Below, piece by piece: positions 47,074 through 56,319 of a stretch of 64,000 bases of DNA. This DNA is from Candidatus Latescibacterota bacterium. Lineage in GTDB: Bacteria > Latescibacterota > UBA2968 > UBA8231. Location of the stretch: the NCBI GenBank assembly GCA_965221775.1, contig CBDCSU010000006.1, positions 96,001 to 160,000 on the forward strand, given 5' to 3'. The position numbers and the translations under genes are program-made. Position 1 is the first letter of the stretch; each line of letters opens with the position of its first letter. The notes below the pieces were generated by a model, which saw nothing but the letters and a program-made list of their open reading frames with translations, made no database searches and was not told the DNA's origin.

Positions 47074-47367
47074 ATGTTTCCGAGTCACTGGGAATTGCTC
47101 ATCATCTTCCTCGTGGTCCTGCTCCTCTTCGGGGCCAAGCGCATTCCGGAGATGGCCCGGGGCCTGGGCAAGGGAATCCGCGAGTTCCGGGGCGCCGTGA
47201 AGGACGTGCGCGACGAGGTGGAGACGGCGGGCCAGGAGGCGCCGCCCAACCGGATCGCCACCCCCGCCTCCGGCTCCGTGGCCCGCGAGGCCGGCGCCTC
47301 CCCGGCCGAGGCTTCCCCCTCCGACGACCCGGGCGCCCCCCCGGCGCGGGAAGAGGCCCGCAACTGA
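47074..47367 (+). CDS. tatA: Twin-arginine translocase TatA
   Basis: [32 protein letters not shown]. Confidence 0.95.
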   Translation: MFPSHWELLIIFLVVLLLFGAKRIPEMARGLGKGIREFRGAVKDVRDEVETAGQEAPPNRIATPASGSVAREAGASPAEASPSDDPGAPPAREEARN

Positions 47368-48806
47368 GTCTCGCCGAGCTCACCGCCCACGAGGCGCTGC
47401 ACCGGCTCGAGGCCGGCGAGCTCACCTCCACCGAGCTGACGCGGCAGGTCCTCGACCGGGTCGAGGACCGCGACGCCGAGGTCAACGCCTTCATCAGCGT
47501 CGACGCCGACGGCGCCCTGCAGCGGGCCTCCGACGTCGACCGCCGGCGGCAGGCCGGCGAGCCCGTGGGCGCCCTCGCCGGGGTCCCCCTGGCCGTCAAG
47601 GACGTGCTCTGCGTCCGCGGCGGTCCCACCACCTGCGGCTCGGAGATCCTCCGCGGCTACGTGGCCCCCTACGACGCCACCGCCGTGGAGCGGGTGCGGC
47701 AGGCCGACGCCGTCCTCGTGGGCAAGACCAACATGGACGAGTTCTCCATGGGCTCCTCCACCGAGAGCTCCTGCTTCGGGCCGACGCGGAATCCCGTCGA
47801 TCCGCGGCGCGTGCCGGGCGGGTCGAGCGGCGGTTCGGCAGCCGCCGTGGCCGCCGACGAGACCGTCCTCGCCCTCGGCTCCGACACGGGGGGCTCGGTG
47901 CGCCAGCCGGCGGCTTACTGCGGCGTCGTCGGGCTCAAGCCGACGTACGGCCGCGTCTCCCGGTACGGACTGGTGGCCTACGCCTCCTCCCTCGACCAGA
48001 TCGGCCCGGTGACCAAGGACGTGGAGGACGCCGCCCTCCTGCTGACCGTCATCGCCGGCCGCGACCCGAGGGACGCGACCTCCGTGGACCGCGAGGTTCC
48101 CGACTACCGGGCGAAACTCGACGCGGGGGTCGAGGGTCTGAGGATCGGCTGGGCGAAGGAGTTCTACGGCCCCGGCCTCGACGCCGAGATCCGCGCCGCC
48201 GCCGAGGCCGCGGCGCGGCGGCTGGCCGGGGCGGGGGCCGAGATCGTCGACGTCTCGCTGTCGGTGGCGGGAGACCCGGACTACTGTGTCAGCTGCTACT
48301 ACGTGATCGCCATGGCCGAGGCCTCGGCCAACCTGTCGCGCTTCGACGGCGTGCGCTACGGGTTCCGCGCCGAGGCGCCGGACGACCTGCAGGACCTCTA
48401 CCGCCGGACCCGCAGCCGGGGCTTCGGCGCCGAGGTGCAGCGGCGGATCCTGATCGGCGCCTACGTCCTCAGCGCGGGGTACTACGACGCCTACTATCTC
48501 AAGGCGCAGAGGGTCCGCACCCTGATCCGGCGCGACTTCGAGAGCGCCTTCGACAGCTGCGACCTGCTGCTGTCGCCGGTGGCTCCCACCACCGCCTTCC
48601 CCCTCGGCGAGCAGCTGGAAGACCCGCTGCAGATGTACCTGAACGACATCTACACCACGTCTCTGAACCTGGCCGGCCTGCCCGGCATCTCGGTCCCCGC
48701 GGCCACCTCGGCCGAGGGGCTGCCCATCGGCGTGCAGCTGATGGCCCGCCCCTTCGAGGAGGCGACGCTGCTGCGGGGCGCCAGGGTCCTCGAGCAGGCC
48801 GCCTGA
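47364..48806 (+). CDS. gatA: Asp/Glu-tRNA amidotransferase subunit A (probable CTG start)
   Basis: [46 protein letters not shown]; frame extends to [10 protein letters not shown] overlapping the tatA stop. Confidence 0.95.
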   Translation: MSLAELTAHEALHRLEAGELTSTELTRQVLDRVEDRDAEVNAFISVDADGALQRASDVDRRRQAGEPVGALAGVPLAVKDVLCVRGGPTTCGSEILRGYVAPYDATAVERVRQADAVLVGKTNMDEFSMGSSTESSCFGPTRNPVDPRRVPGGSSGGSAAAVAADETVLALGSDTGGSVRQPAAYCGVVGLKPTYGRVSRYGLVAYASSLDQIGPVTKDVEDAALLLTVIAGRDPRDATSVDREVPDYRAKLDAGVEGLRIGWAKEFYGPGLDAEIRAAAEAAARRLAGAGAEIVDVSLSVAGDPDYCVSCYYVIAMAEASANLSRFDGVRYGFRAEAPDDLQDLYRRTRSRGFGAEVQRRILIGAYVLSAGYYDAYYLKAQRVRTLIRRDFESAFDSCDLLLSPVAPTTAFPLGEQLEDPLQMYLNDIYTTSLNLAGLPGISVPAATSAEGLPIGVQLMARPFEEATLLRGARVLEQAA

Positions 48807-48811
48807 CGACC

Positions 48812-49744
48812 ATGGAGTCCGCCATGTCCTCCACCGCCCTGCGCCTCGCCCTGGTGGCGGGGCTCCTCGCCGCCCCGGCGGCGGCGATCAACGAGAACGC
48901 CGGCACCGCCGGGTTCAGCTTCCTCAAGATCGGCGTCGGCGCGAGAGCCGCCGCCCTCGGGGGCGCCTTCACCGCCGTTCCCGGCGATCTCGAGTCGGCG
49001 GCCTGGAACCCGGCCGGCGTCTACGAGACAGGCGGCCGCTCGGCGGCGGTCTCCCTCACCCGCTACGTCATCGACACGCAGGCCGGGTTCCTCGCCGTGG
49101 GCCTGCCGGAGGGGCCGCGGATGTGGGCGCTGAGCGCCAACTACGTCACCTACGGCGAGATGGCGCACACCGACGAGGACGGCCAGGACCTGGGCACCTT
49201 CGCCGCCTTCGACATGGCCACCGCCGTGACCGCGGCGCAGAAGGTCTGGCAGGACCGCCTCACCCTCGGCGGCAGCGCCAAGTGGATCTACTCCGGCATC
49301 CACGACTACACCTCCGACGCCTGGGCCGTCGACCTCGGCTTTCTGATCCGCGGTCCGGTGGCGGGGATGACCTTCGGCGGCTCCATCTCCAACCTCGGGT
49401 CGGTGCGCAGCGGCTTCACCGAGGGCTACGAGGACGCCCTGCCCGTCCTCATGCGCGCCGGCGTCAGCCATCACCCCGCCCACTTCCCCATCCCCCTCAT
49501 GCTCTCCGTCGACTTCACCGTGCCCAACGACAACGACCCCTACGTCACCCTCGGGGCGGAGCTGCAGCTGGCGGGGGGCCTCTACCTGCGCCCCGGCTAC
49601 AGCCTCCGGCAGGAGGGCGAGGAGACCCTCGGGCTGTCCACGGGCGGCGGTGTCGAGATGAACAACCTGCGGGTCGACTACGCCTACTCCTCCCTGCCCG
49701 CCCTCGGCCGCATCCACCGTCTGAGCCTCAGGGGACGGATCTAG
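48812..49744 (+). CDS. PorV/PorQ-family outer-membrane beta-barrel
   Basis: Signal peptide, FLKIGVGARAAALGGA, WNPAG, DYAY, HRLSL. Confidence 0.85.
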   Translation: MESAMSSTALRLALVAGLLAAPAAAINENAGTAGFSFLKIGVGARAAALGGAFTAVPGDLESAAWNPAGVYETGGRSAAVSLTRYVIDTQAGFLAVGLPEGPRMWALSANYVTYGEMAHTDEDGQDLGTFAAFDMATAVTAAQKVWQDRLTLGGSAKWIYSGIHDYTSDAWAVDLGFLIRGPVAGMTFGGSISNLGSVRSGFTEGYEDALPVLMRAGVSHHPAHFPIPLMLSVDFTVPNDNDPYVTLGAELQLAGGLYLRPGYSLRQEGEETLGLSTGGGVEMNNLRVDYAYSSLPALGRIHRLSLRGRI

Positions 49745-49778
49745 GCGTCGAGAGCCTGGAGGCCCTCCGGGCGGCGGG

Positions 49779-50513
49779 TCAGGGGCCCTCCTCGGCGCGC
49801 CCCGTCATCGGCACGAAACGCACCGGCAGCAGGCGCTCGAGGGCGGTCTCCCCGCCCTCGTCGCGGGTGATGCGGATCAGCTCCTGGTAGCTCTCGCCCA
49901 CCGGCATGACCAGCCGGCCCCCCGGGGCCAGCTGCTCCACCAGCCGCGGCGGCACGTGGTCGGGCGCCGCCGTGACCATGATCCCGTCGAAGGGGGCGTG
50001 CTCCGGCCACCCGAAGTAGCCGTCCCCGGCGCGCACCCGAACGTTGTCGTACCCGAGGACGGAGAGCCGCTCCCCGGCCTGCTCGGCGAGGGCGGGAAGG
50101 ATCTCGATGCTGTAGACCTCGGCGGCGAGGTGGGAGAGGACCGCCGCCTGGTACCCGGAGCCGGTGCCGATCTCGAGGACGCGGTCGCCTTCCTCGACCT
50201 GGAGGGCCTGGGTCATGTAGGCGACGATGTAGGGCTGGGAGATCGTCTGCCGCAGACCGATGGGCAGCGGGTGGTCGGCATAGGCGCGGAAGCGCTCCGA
50301 CTCCGGGACGAAGAGGTGCCGGGGCACCCGCTCCATGACCGCGAGGACCGCCTCGTCGGTGATGTCGCGGGCCTGCAGCTGGGTGCGCACCATCTCCCGG
50401 CGCGGCCCCTCCCAGGCGTCGGCCGGGATTCCCGGCGCGCCCGGGTCGGGGCGGCACGAGAGCAGCGCCGCCGTCAGGATGCACGCCGAGGCGGAGACTC
50501 TCACGGCTCGCAC
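49779..50513 (-). CDS. pcm: Protein-L-isoaspartate O-methyltransferase
   Basis: VPRHLFV, QTISQPYIVA, VLEIGTGSGYQAA, APFDGI.VTAA, VRFVPM. Confidence 0.95.
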   Translation of the reverse strand: MRAVRVSASACILTAALLSCRPDPGAPGIPADAWEGPRREMVRTQLQARDITDEAVLAVMERVPRHLFVPESERFRAYADHPLPIGLRQTISQPYIVAYMTQALQVEEGDRVLEIGTGSGYQAAVLSHLAAEVYSIEILPALAEQAGERLSVLGYDNVRVRAGDGYFGWPEHAPFDGIMVTAAPDHVPPRLVEQLAPGGRLVMPVGESYQELIRITRDEGGETALERLLPVRFVPMTGRAEEGP

Positions 50514-50522
50514 GGCGAACCC

Positions 50523-50972
50523 TCAGCTCTCGTAGGCCTCGCGGAAGGCCTTCAGCGTCTCCCGGAGGGCGGCCGGGTGGTCCAGGTCGATGGTCTGCTT
50601 GCTCTTCATGGCGTGGACGATCAGCTTGTGGAGCCGCGCGAGCTGATCGCGGTAGGCCTCGACCGCCGCCGCGTCGCCCTCGTCGGGCAGCTTGATGCGC
50701 TGGGCGAGGAAGTACTGGGCCACGCTCTCGCGGATGCGGTCGGCGTGGACCTCCTTGTTCATCACCCAGCGGGCGATCTGGTTGGCGTTGGCCCCCGGAT
50801 CGGCGGAGAGTTCCGCGATCTGCCGCATCGACTTCTCCACCGTGCGGATGTCCTCGTCGAGGGCGGCGAAGCGCAGGTCGTCTCCATAGATGCCGCAGGG
50901 GATCTCGCAATGGCCGTAGGCGCCGGCGGCGCCGATGAAGAGGGCCGCACACAGGATCGCTAGCCTGGACAT
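50523..50972 (-). CDS. sodN: Nickel superoxide dismutase precursor
   Basis: Ni-hook HCEIPCGIY after a 20-aa signal peptide; RWVMNKE.HA, YFLAQRIK; AGAGGAG RBS. Confidence 0.92.
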   Translation of the reverse strand: MSRLAILCAALFIGAAGAYGHCEIPCGIYGDDLRFAALDEDIRTVEKSMRQIAELSADPGANANQIARWVMNKEVHADRIRESVAQYFLAQRIKLPDEGDAAAVEAYRDQLARLHKLIVHAMKSKQTIDLDHPAALRETLKAFREAYES

Positions 50973-51918
50973 GACACGTTCTCCTCTCTGGTGTCGGGGT
51001 TCCGCAATCTTACCCGCCCTCCTCCTGATCTGCAACCAGGGGTGCGGTCCCGCGGCGCAGACCGGCGCGTCCGCGAGCGAGGAGCTCTACGTCAGCCGGG
51101 TCCTGCTGCCTCCCGGCGTGTTCACCGGCGGCATCGAGGGGCCTGTCTGCGACGGCGCCGGCAACCTCTACGCCGTCAACTACGGCCGGTCCGGCACGAT
51201 CGGCAGGGTGACGCCCGGCGGCGAGGCGGGCCTCTTCCTGCAGCTGCCGCCGGGCAGCACCGGCAACGGCCTCCGCTTCGACCGCCGGGGGCGCCTGCTG
51301 GTGGCCGACTACACCGGCCACAACGTGCTCCGCGTCGACATGGCGACGCGCGCCGTCGAGGTCCTGGCCCACGAGCCGGCCTTCCACCAGCCCAACGACA
51401 TCGCCGTCACCGCGGCCGACGTGATCTACGCCAGCGATCCGGACTGGGGCGGGTCCACGGGCCGGGTGTGGCGCGTCGACCCGGACGGCGAGGTGACCCT
51501 GGTGCTGGCGGGCATGGGGACCACCAACGGCATCGAGGTCGGCCCCGGGGACCGGACCCTGTACGTGAACGAGTCGGTGCAGCGCAGCGTGTGGGCCTTC
51601 GACCTGGAGGAGGACGGCACCCTGGCCAACCGGCGCCTCCTCGTCGGCTTTGCCGACCACGGCCTCGACGGCATGCGCTGCGACGCGGCCGGGAACCTCT
51701 ACGTCACCCGCTACGGCAAGGGCACCGTCGCCAAGCTCTCGCCGGAGGGCGAGCTGCTGCGGGAGGTGGCGCTCACCGGGGAGAGGCCGAGCAATCTCGC
51801 CTTCGGCGGGCCCGACGGCAGGACCTGCTACGTCACCCTGCAGGACCGGGGCAACGTCGAGGTCTTCCGTGTCGAGGAGCCTGGCCGCGCCTGGGAGCTG
51901 GCCCGGCGGCGGCCATGA
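50971..51918 (+). CDS. SMP-30/gluconolactonase family protein (start uncertain)
   Basis: IEGP, GNG, QPND, TNGI, LDGMRCD..GNLY, SNLAFGG. Confidence 0.88.
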   Translation: MTRSPLWCRGSAILPALLLICNQGCGPAAQTGASASEELYVSRVLLPPGVFTGGIEGPVCDGAGNLYAVNYGRSGTIGRVTPGGEAGLFLQLPPGSTGNGLRFDRRGRLLVADYTGHNVLRVDMATRAVEVLAHEPAFHQPNDIAVTAADVIYASDPDWGGSTGRVWRVDPDGEVTLVLAGMGTTNGIEVGPGDRTLYVNESVQRSVWAFDLEEDGTLANRRLLVGFADHGLDGMRCDAAGNLYVTRYGKGTVAKLSPEGELLREVALTGERPSNLAFGGPDGRTCYVTLQDRGNVEVFRVEEPGRAWELARRRP

Positions 51919-51919
51919 G

Positions 51920-51955
51920 AAAAGCCCGCTCCCAGGAAGCTGGAAGGGGCTCTTT
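51920..51955. terminator. Possible bidirectional terminator between convergent genes
   Basis: aaaagccc..ccag-gaag-ctgg..gggctcttt imperfect hairpin flanked by A and T runs. Confidence 0.35.
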
Positions 51956-51991
51956 GACCCGGCGGAGCGATGTCGGAGAGAAGGCGGAGGT

Positions 51992-52690
51992 TCAGTCGCG
52001 GGAGCCCTGCTCCAACTCGCTGATCTGGTCGCGGAGGCGGGCCGCCTCCTCGTAGGCCTCCTCGGCCACCAGGCGGTCGAGCTGCGCCTTGAGGCTGTCG
52101 AGCTCGGTGGGCTCCTCCACCGGGGCGGCCTCGGGGGCCGCGGCGGCGCCGCCGTCGAGGGCCTGCGAGGCCGGGGCCGGCTCTTCTTCCTCCTCCGGCT
52201 CCTCCCCCGGGGCCGCCGGCGCCGCGCCGGAGAGCTCTTCGAGCTCGTCGATGTTGAGCACGCTCAACTGCCGGCCCGCCTCTTCCATCACCTCGGGGCT
52301 CATGTAGATGGGGATGCCCATGAGGGTGGTCAGGATCATGCCGTCGCTCGGGCGGCAGTCGAGGTAGAACACCTCGTCCTGGGTCTGGATCAGCAGGTAG
52401 GCGTGGAAGGTCTCGTCCTTCAGGGTGTGGATCACCAGCTGGTGGACCTTGCCCTTGACCTTCTCCAGCAGGTTCTGCAGCAGGTTGTGGGTCAGGGGGC
52501 GGGGGAAGGAGACGTCCTGCATGGCCATCACCAGGTAGCGGCCCTCGGGACAGCCGATGGAGATGGGGACGAAGCGGCTCTCCTCACCCTTGAGCACGAC
52601 GATGAGGCTCTCGGGCGGCGTCACGTCGGGCACCGAGTAGATGCGCCAGATGCGAACGGGGATGAGGTGATCGTTCTTGGTTTTCTTCAT
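51992..52690 (-). CDS. Bifunctional nuclease (DUF151) with C-terminal UVR motif
   Basis: VPISIG..E, RPLTHNLL, FHA.L, DCRPSD; L..LVAEEAYEEAARLRDQI. Confidence 0.9.
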   Translation of the reverse strand: MKKTKNDHLIPVRIWRIYSVPDVTPPESLIVVLKGEESRFVPISIGCPEGRYLVMAMQDVSFPRPLTHNLLQNLLEKVKGKVHQLVIHTLKDETFHAYLLIQTQDEVFYLDCRPSDGMILTTLMGIPIYMSPEVMEEAGRQLSVLNIDELEELSGAAPAAPGEEPEEEEEPAPASQALDGGAAAAPEAAPVEEPTELDSLKAQLDRLVAEEAYEEAARLRDQISELEQGSRD

Positions 52691-52726
52691 CGGAAGGAGC
52701 GCGGCGTCACCGCCGCGACGGCACCA

Positions 52727-52754
52727 AATATACCCGCTCGATAGGCAGAATCAA
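52727..52754 (-). promoter_or_regulatory. Promoter of DUF151 gene
   Basis: TTGATT-16 nt-TATATT on minus strand. Confidence 0.5.
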
Positions 52755-52773
52755 GCACGACGAGGACCGCCGA

Positions 52774-53490
52774 TCACATCAGTCCACGCTCCTTGAGACT
52801 GAGGAAATCGCTTTCGCTGAGGATGATGTGATCGAGGATGTCGATGCCCATGATGCCCCCGGCCTCGACCATTCGCCGGGTGAGCTCGACGTCCTCCTTG
52901 CTCGGCGTCACGTCGCCCGATGGATGGTTGTGGGCGAGGATGATGCTCGCCGCCGCCCGGGTCACCGCCACCTGGAAGACCTCGCGGGGATGGACGATCG
53001 ACGCCGACAGGGAGCCTATGGAGATCAGCTCCTTGTGGACCACCTGGTTGCGGGCGTTGAGATAGAGACAGAGGAAGTGCTCGCGCCGCTGGTCCTTCAG
53101 CTCGGTGAGCAGCGGCAGGGTGTCGGCCGGGCAGGAGACGATGGGCTGCACCCCCAGCCCCTTGTGCAGGCCCCGCCGGGCCAGCTCGAAGCCGGCCACC
53201 AGGACCCCCGCCTTGACCCGGCCGATGCCCTTGAGCCGGCACAGCTGTCCGGCCTCCATGGCGACGAGCTCCTCGACGCCGTGGCGGTCGCAGATGGTGC
53301 GCGCCACCTCGAGCACGTTCTGGCCCCGGTAGCCGGTGCCGAGGACCACCGCCAGCAGCTCGTGGTCGCGCAGGCCCTCCGGCCCGAAGCGGTTGAGGCG
53401 CTCCCGCGGCAGGTCCTCGGGATGCCCGGCGTCCCCGTCGCCGCCGTCGCCGGGCGCCCGGCCCGGATCGTTCGCGTACAGCTCTGACAT
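52774..53490 (-). CDS. radC: RadC/JAB-domain protein
   Basis: PRERL, ELLAVVLGTG, GIG.VKA, VHPREVF, AHNHPSGD..PS.ED, LDHII. Confidence 0.93.
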   Translation of the reverse strand: MSELYANDPGRAPGDGGDGDAGHPEDLPRERLNRFGPEGLRDHELLAVVLGTGYRGQNVLEVARTICDRHGVEELVAMEAGQLCRLKGIGRVKAGVLVAGFELARRGLHKGLGVQPIVSCPADTLPLLTELKDQRREHFLCLYLNARNQVVHKELISIGSLSASIVHPREVFQVAVTRAAASIILAHNHPSGDVTPSKEDVELTRRMVEAGGIMGIDILDHIILSESDFLSLKERGLM

Positions 53491-53647
53491 CGGTCCCCCC
53501 CTGGGCGCATGAGTACGTGCACGGTAGCACACGGCCGTGTGTGCCGAGGCACACGCCGGAGGGCGGCTTCCCCCTGTTCCGGCCTGCCCCGAGCCACACT
53601 GCATGCACAGGGCGTGCCACCGCCGGCCGGAGCCACGGGGGCGGGCC

Positions 53648-53653
53648 TATATT
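53648..53653 (+). promoter_or_regulatory. -10 element 8 nt before the lnt-tatC start (likely leaderless)
   Basis: TATATT-ccctcccc-ATG with no Shine-Dalgarno. Confidence 0.5.
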
Positions 53654-53661
53654 CCCTCCCC

Positions 53662-56319
53662 ATGACCTTCCCGCCCTCTCTCTCGCGCCGGCTCGGGGGG
53701 CCCTGGCCGCGGGCCGTCCTGTCGGGCGTCCTGCTGGCCCTCGCCTTCCCTTGTCACCCGGAGAACGCGGCCTCCCTCGCCTACGGTCCGGCCTGGGCCT
53801 GGATCGCCCTGGCGCCGCTGCTTCACCTCCTCGCCGGGAAGCCGCGCCCGGCCGAGGCCTTCCGGCTGGGGTGGACGGCGGGCTTCGTCTTCTACCTCCT
53901 GAGTCTCTACTGGGTCGCCCACACCCGGGGCGGCGGTCCGGCCGTGGTCGGGGGCACCGGGCTGATGGCCGTCTACCTGGCCGTCTTCACGGGGCTCTTC
54001 GCCATGGGGCAGGCGAGCCTGTGCCGCCGCCATGGCCCCCGGGCGCTGCTCGCCGCACCGGTCCTGTGGACGGCGATGGAATACCTGCAGTCGGTGGGCG
54101 AGCTCGGCTTCCCCTGGCTGCTGCTCGGCCACAGCCAGGCCCCGTGGCCCGCCGTCGTCCAGTACGCCGAGCACACCGGCGTCTTCGGCGTCTCCTTCGC
54201 CGCGGCCCTGGCGGGGGCCCTGCTGGCCCTGGCCCTGTCCTCCGGGGGCCGGGACCGCTCGCGCGCCGTGATCGCCGCCGCCGCCGTGCCCGCCCTGGCC
54301 GCCCTGCACGGGGTCTTCGTCCTCGGCCCCGCCGACGGGACGGGCCTGCGGGTCGCCGTCGTGCAGAACAACCTCGGCCTGGAGAAGTGGCGGCCGGGGG
54401 GGCTCGAGGCCAGCTTCGCCTCCCTCGACTCCCTCAGCCGCCGGGCCGAGGCGCCCGGGCTGATCGTCTGGCCGGAGACGGCCCTGCCCTGCAACCTCGA
54501 CCGCCGCGCCGACTGCCGCCGGCGGATGCACGACCTGGCCGCCGCCCTCGAGGCGCCGATCCTCACCGGCGCCCCCGGCACCGAGCCGGCCACCGGCGAG
54601 CCCCTCAACGCCGCCTTCCTGTTCTCCCCCGGGCGGGAGGAGGTGCCGGCGTACGCCAAGATGCACCTGGTGCCTTTCGGGGAGCGCACGCCCCTGCGCG
54701 ACCGCCTGCCGCTGGTGCGCAACATCGACTGGTCGGCGCTGACGGGAGACCTGGCGCCGGCGGAGTTCGCCCGCGGGCGCAGCCGCACCCTGTTCACCGC
54801 GGGACCGGACTCGTCGCGCTTCGCCCTCCTCATCTGCTTCGAGTCGGTCTTCCCCGACTTCGTGCGCCAGTCGGTGCGGGAGGGCGCCGACTTCCTCGTC
54901 AACATCACCAACGACTCGTGGTTCGGGCCCACCGCCGGGCCCTATCAGCACGCCGAGCTGGCCGTTCTGCGGGCCGTGGAGAACCGCGTCGCCATCGCCC
55001 GCTGCGCCACCAGCGGCGTCTCCCTCTTCATCGACCGCTACGGGCGCACGCGCCAGCGCACGGAGCTCGGCACCGTGGACGTGCGCACCGAGGTCGTGGG
55101 CACCCGGCGCTCGCCGACGGTGTACACCCGGTTCGGCGACTGGTTCGCCGTGACGAACCTGCTCCTCGCCGCTGTGCTCGTGGCCGGGGCCTGGTGGACC
55201 GGCCGTCGGCCCGGGAGTGCAGGCGCCGGGAGAGATCCCGCCGGGCCGGCGGCGGAGGGGGGGCCCGGCGAGCCGGCGGAAGCACCGCTCGGGACGCCAG
55301 GGGGCGAGGGAGGAACGGTGGCGCCAGGGGAACCCGGGAGCCCGGTGGCGGCCGCGGCCGTTGCACCCGAAGTGGCGGAGGGCCTTGGCGAGGCCGGTCC
55401 CGGTCCGGCGGGGGAGGCGAAGGAAGCGCCGGACCGGCGCCCCGGCGAGGGGGAGATGCCCTTCCTCGATCATCTGGAGGAGCTGCGCTGGCGCATCCTC
55501 AAGGCCCTGGCAGCCGTGCTCGCCGGCACCTGCCTCTGCTTCCTCTTCGTGGAGCCCCTCCTCGGCCTGCTCGTGCAGCCCTACGAGGAGGCCGTCCTCA
55601 GCCTGAAGGAACAGGGCTCGCCGGGGGTGGTGGAGGCGATCCGGGGGTGGCTGACGGAGCTGCGCGGCGTCGAGGTGGAAGAGCCGCCCATCGAGACCGC
55701 CACCGAGCCCGCCGTGCCGTACGGAAGCCAGCTGCAGTCGCTGCGGGTGATGACCTGGTTCTTCGTCTACCTCCAGGTCTCCCTCCTCGGCGGGTTCCTC
55801 CTCGCCCTGCCCGTGGTGTTCTACCAGTTCTGGCGGTTCGTGGCCCCCGGCCTGCTGGACACGGAGAGACGCCTCTTCGTGCCCCTGATGACGATGAGCG
55901 TCGGCTGCTTCGCCGCCGGCGCCGCCGTGGCCCACAGCATCGTGCTGCCCATCGGCCTGAGGTTCTTCCTGAGCCTGGAGCCCAAGGACATGACCTCCCA
56001 GTGGGCGGTGGACGAGTACATCGGCTTCGTGCTGCGCCTCCTCTTCGGCTTCGGCCTCGTCTTCGAGATGCCCGTGGTCAGCCTCTTCCTCGCCCGCCTC
56101 GGGCTGATCACGGCCGACACCCTTCGCCGCGTGCGGCGCTACGCGGTGGTGGGCGTCTTCCTGGTGGCCGCCGTCTTCACCCCGCCCGATCCGCTCTCGC
56201 AGCTGATGATGGCCCTGCCCCTGATGGTCCTCTACGAGATCAGCATCTGGGTGGCGCACCTGGCCGGCCGCAGGGCGGAGGATCCCCCGGACGAGGAGGA
56301 GCCCGGCTCCGACAGCTAG
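53662..56319 (+). CDS. Apolipoprotein N-acyltransferase (Lnt) fused to twin-arginine translocase TatC
   Basis: Lnt: GFPW..LGHSQ, WPETA, YAKMHLVPFGE, LICFESVF, NITNDSWFG, RAVEN; P/G/A/E linker; TatC: MPFLDHLEELR.RI, FVAPGL, FGLVFEMP, TPPDPLSQ, LYEISI; no stop between. Confidence 0.88.
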   Translation: MTFPPSLSRRLGGPWPRAVLSGVLLALAFPCHPENAASLAYGPAWAWIALAPLLHLLAGKPRPAEAFRLGWTAGFVFYLLSLYWVAHTRGGGPAVVGGTGLMAVYLAVFTGLFAMGQASLCRRHGPRALLAAPVLWTAMEYLQSVGELGFPWLLLGHSQAPWPAVVQYAEHTGVFGVSFAAALAGALLALALSSGGRDRSRAVIAAAAVPALAALHGVFVLGPADGTGLRVAVVQNNLGLEKWRPGGLEASFASLDSLSRRAEAPGLIVWPETALPCNLDRRADCRRRMHDLAAALEAPILTGAPGTEPATGEPLNAAFLFSPGREEVPAYAKMHLVPFGERTPLRDRLPLVRNIDWSALTGDLAPAEFARGRSRTLFTAGPDSSRFALLICFESVFPDFVRQSVREGADFLVNITNDSWFGPTAGPYQHAELAVLRAVENRVAIARCATSGVSLFIDRYGRTRQRTELGTVDVRTEVVGTRRSPTVYTRFGDWFAVTNLLLAAVLVAGAWWTGRRPGSAGAGRDPAGPAAEGGPGEPAEAPLGTPGGEGGTVAPGEPGSPVAAAAVAPEVAEGLGEAGPGPAGEAKEAPDRRPGEGEMPFLDHLEELRWRILKALAAVLAGTCLCFLFVEPLLGLLVQPYEEAVLSLKEQGSPGVVEAIRGWLTELRGVEVEEPPIETATEPAVPYGSQLQSLRVMTWFFVYLQVSLLGGFLLALPVVFYQFWRFVAPGLLDTERRLFVPLMTMSVGCFAAGAAVAHSIVLPIGLRFFLSLEPKDMTSQWAVDEYIGFVLRLLFGFGLVFEMPVVSLFLARLGLITADTLRRVRRYAVVGVFLVAAVFTPPDPLSQLMMALPLMVLYEISIWVAHLAGRRAEDPPDEEEPGSDS

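Noticed and set aside
52774-53490. radC as a marker of a mobile element
   Set aside because: Full-length chromosomal type with host-like GC among core genes
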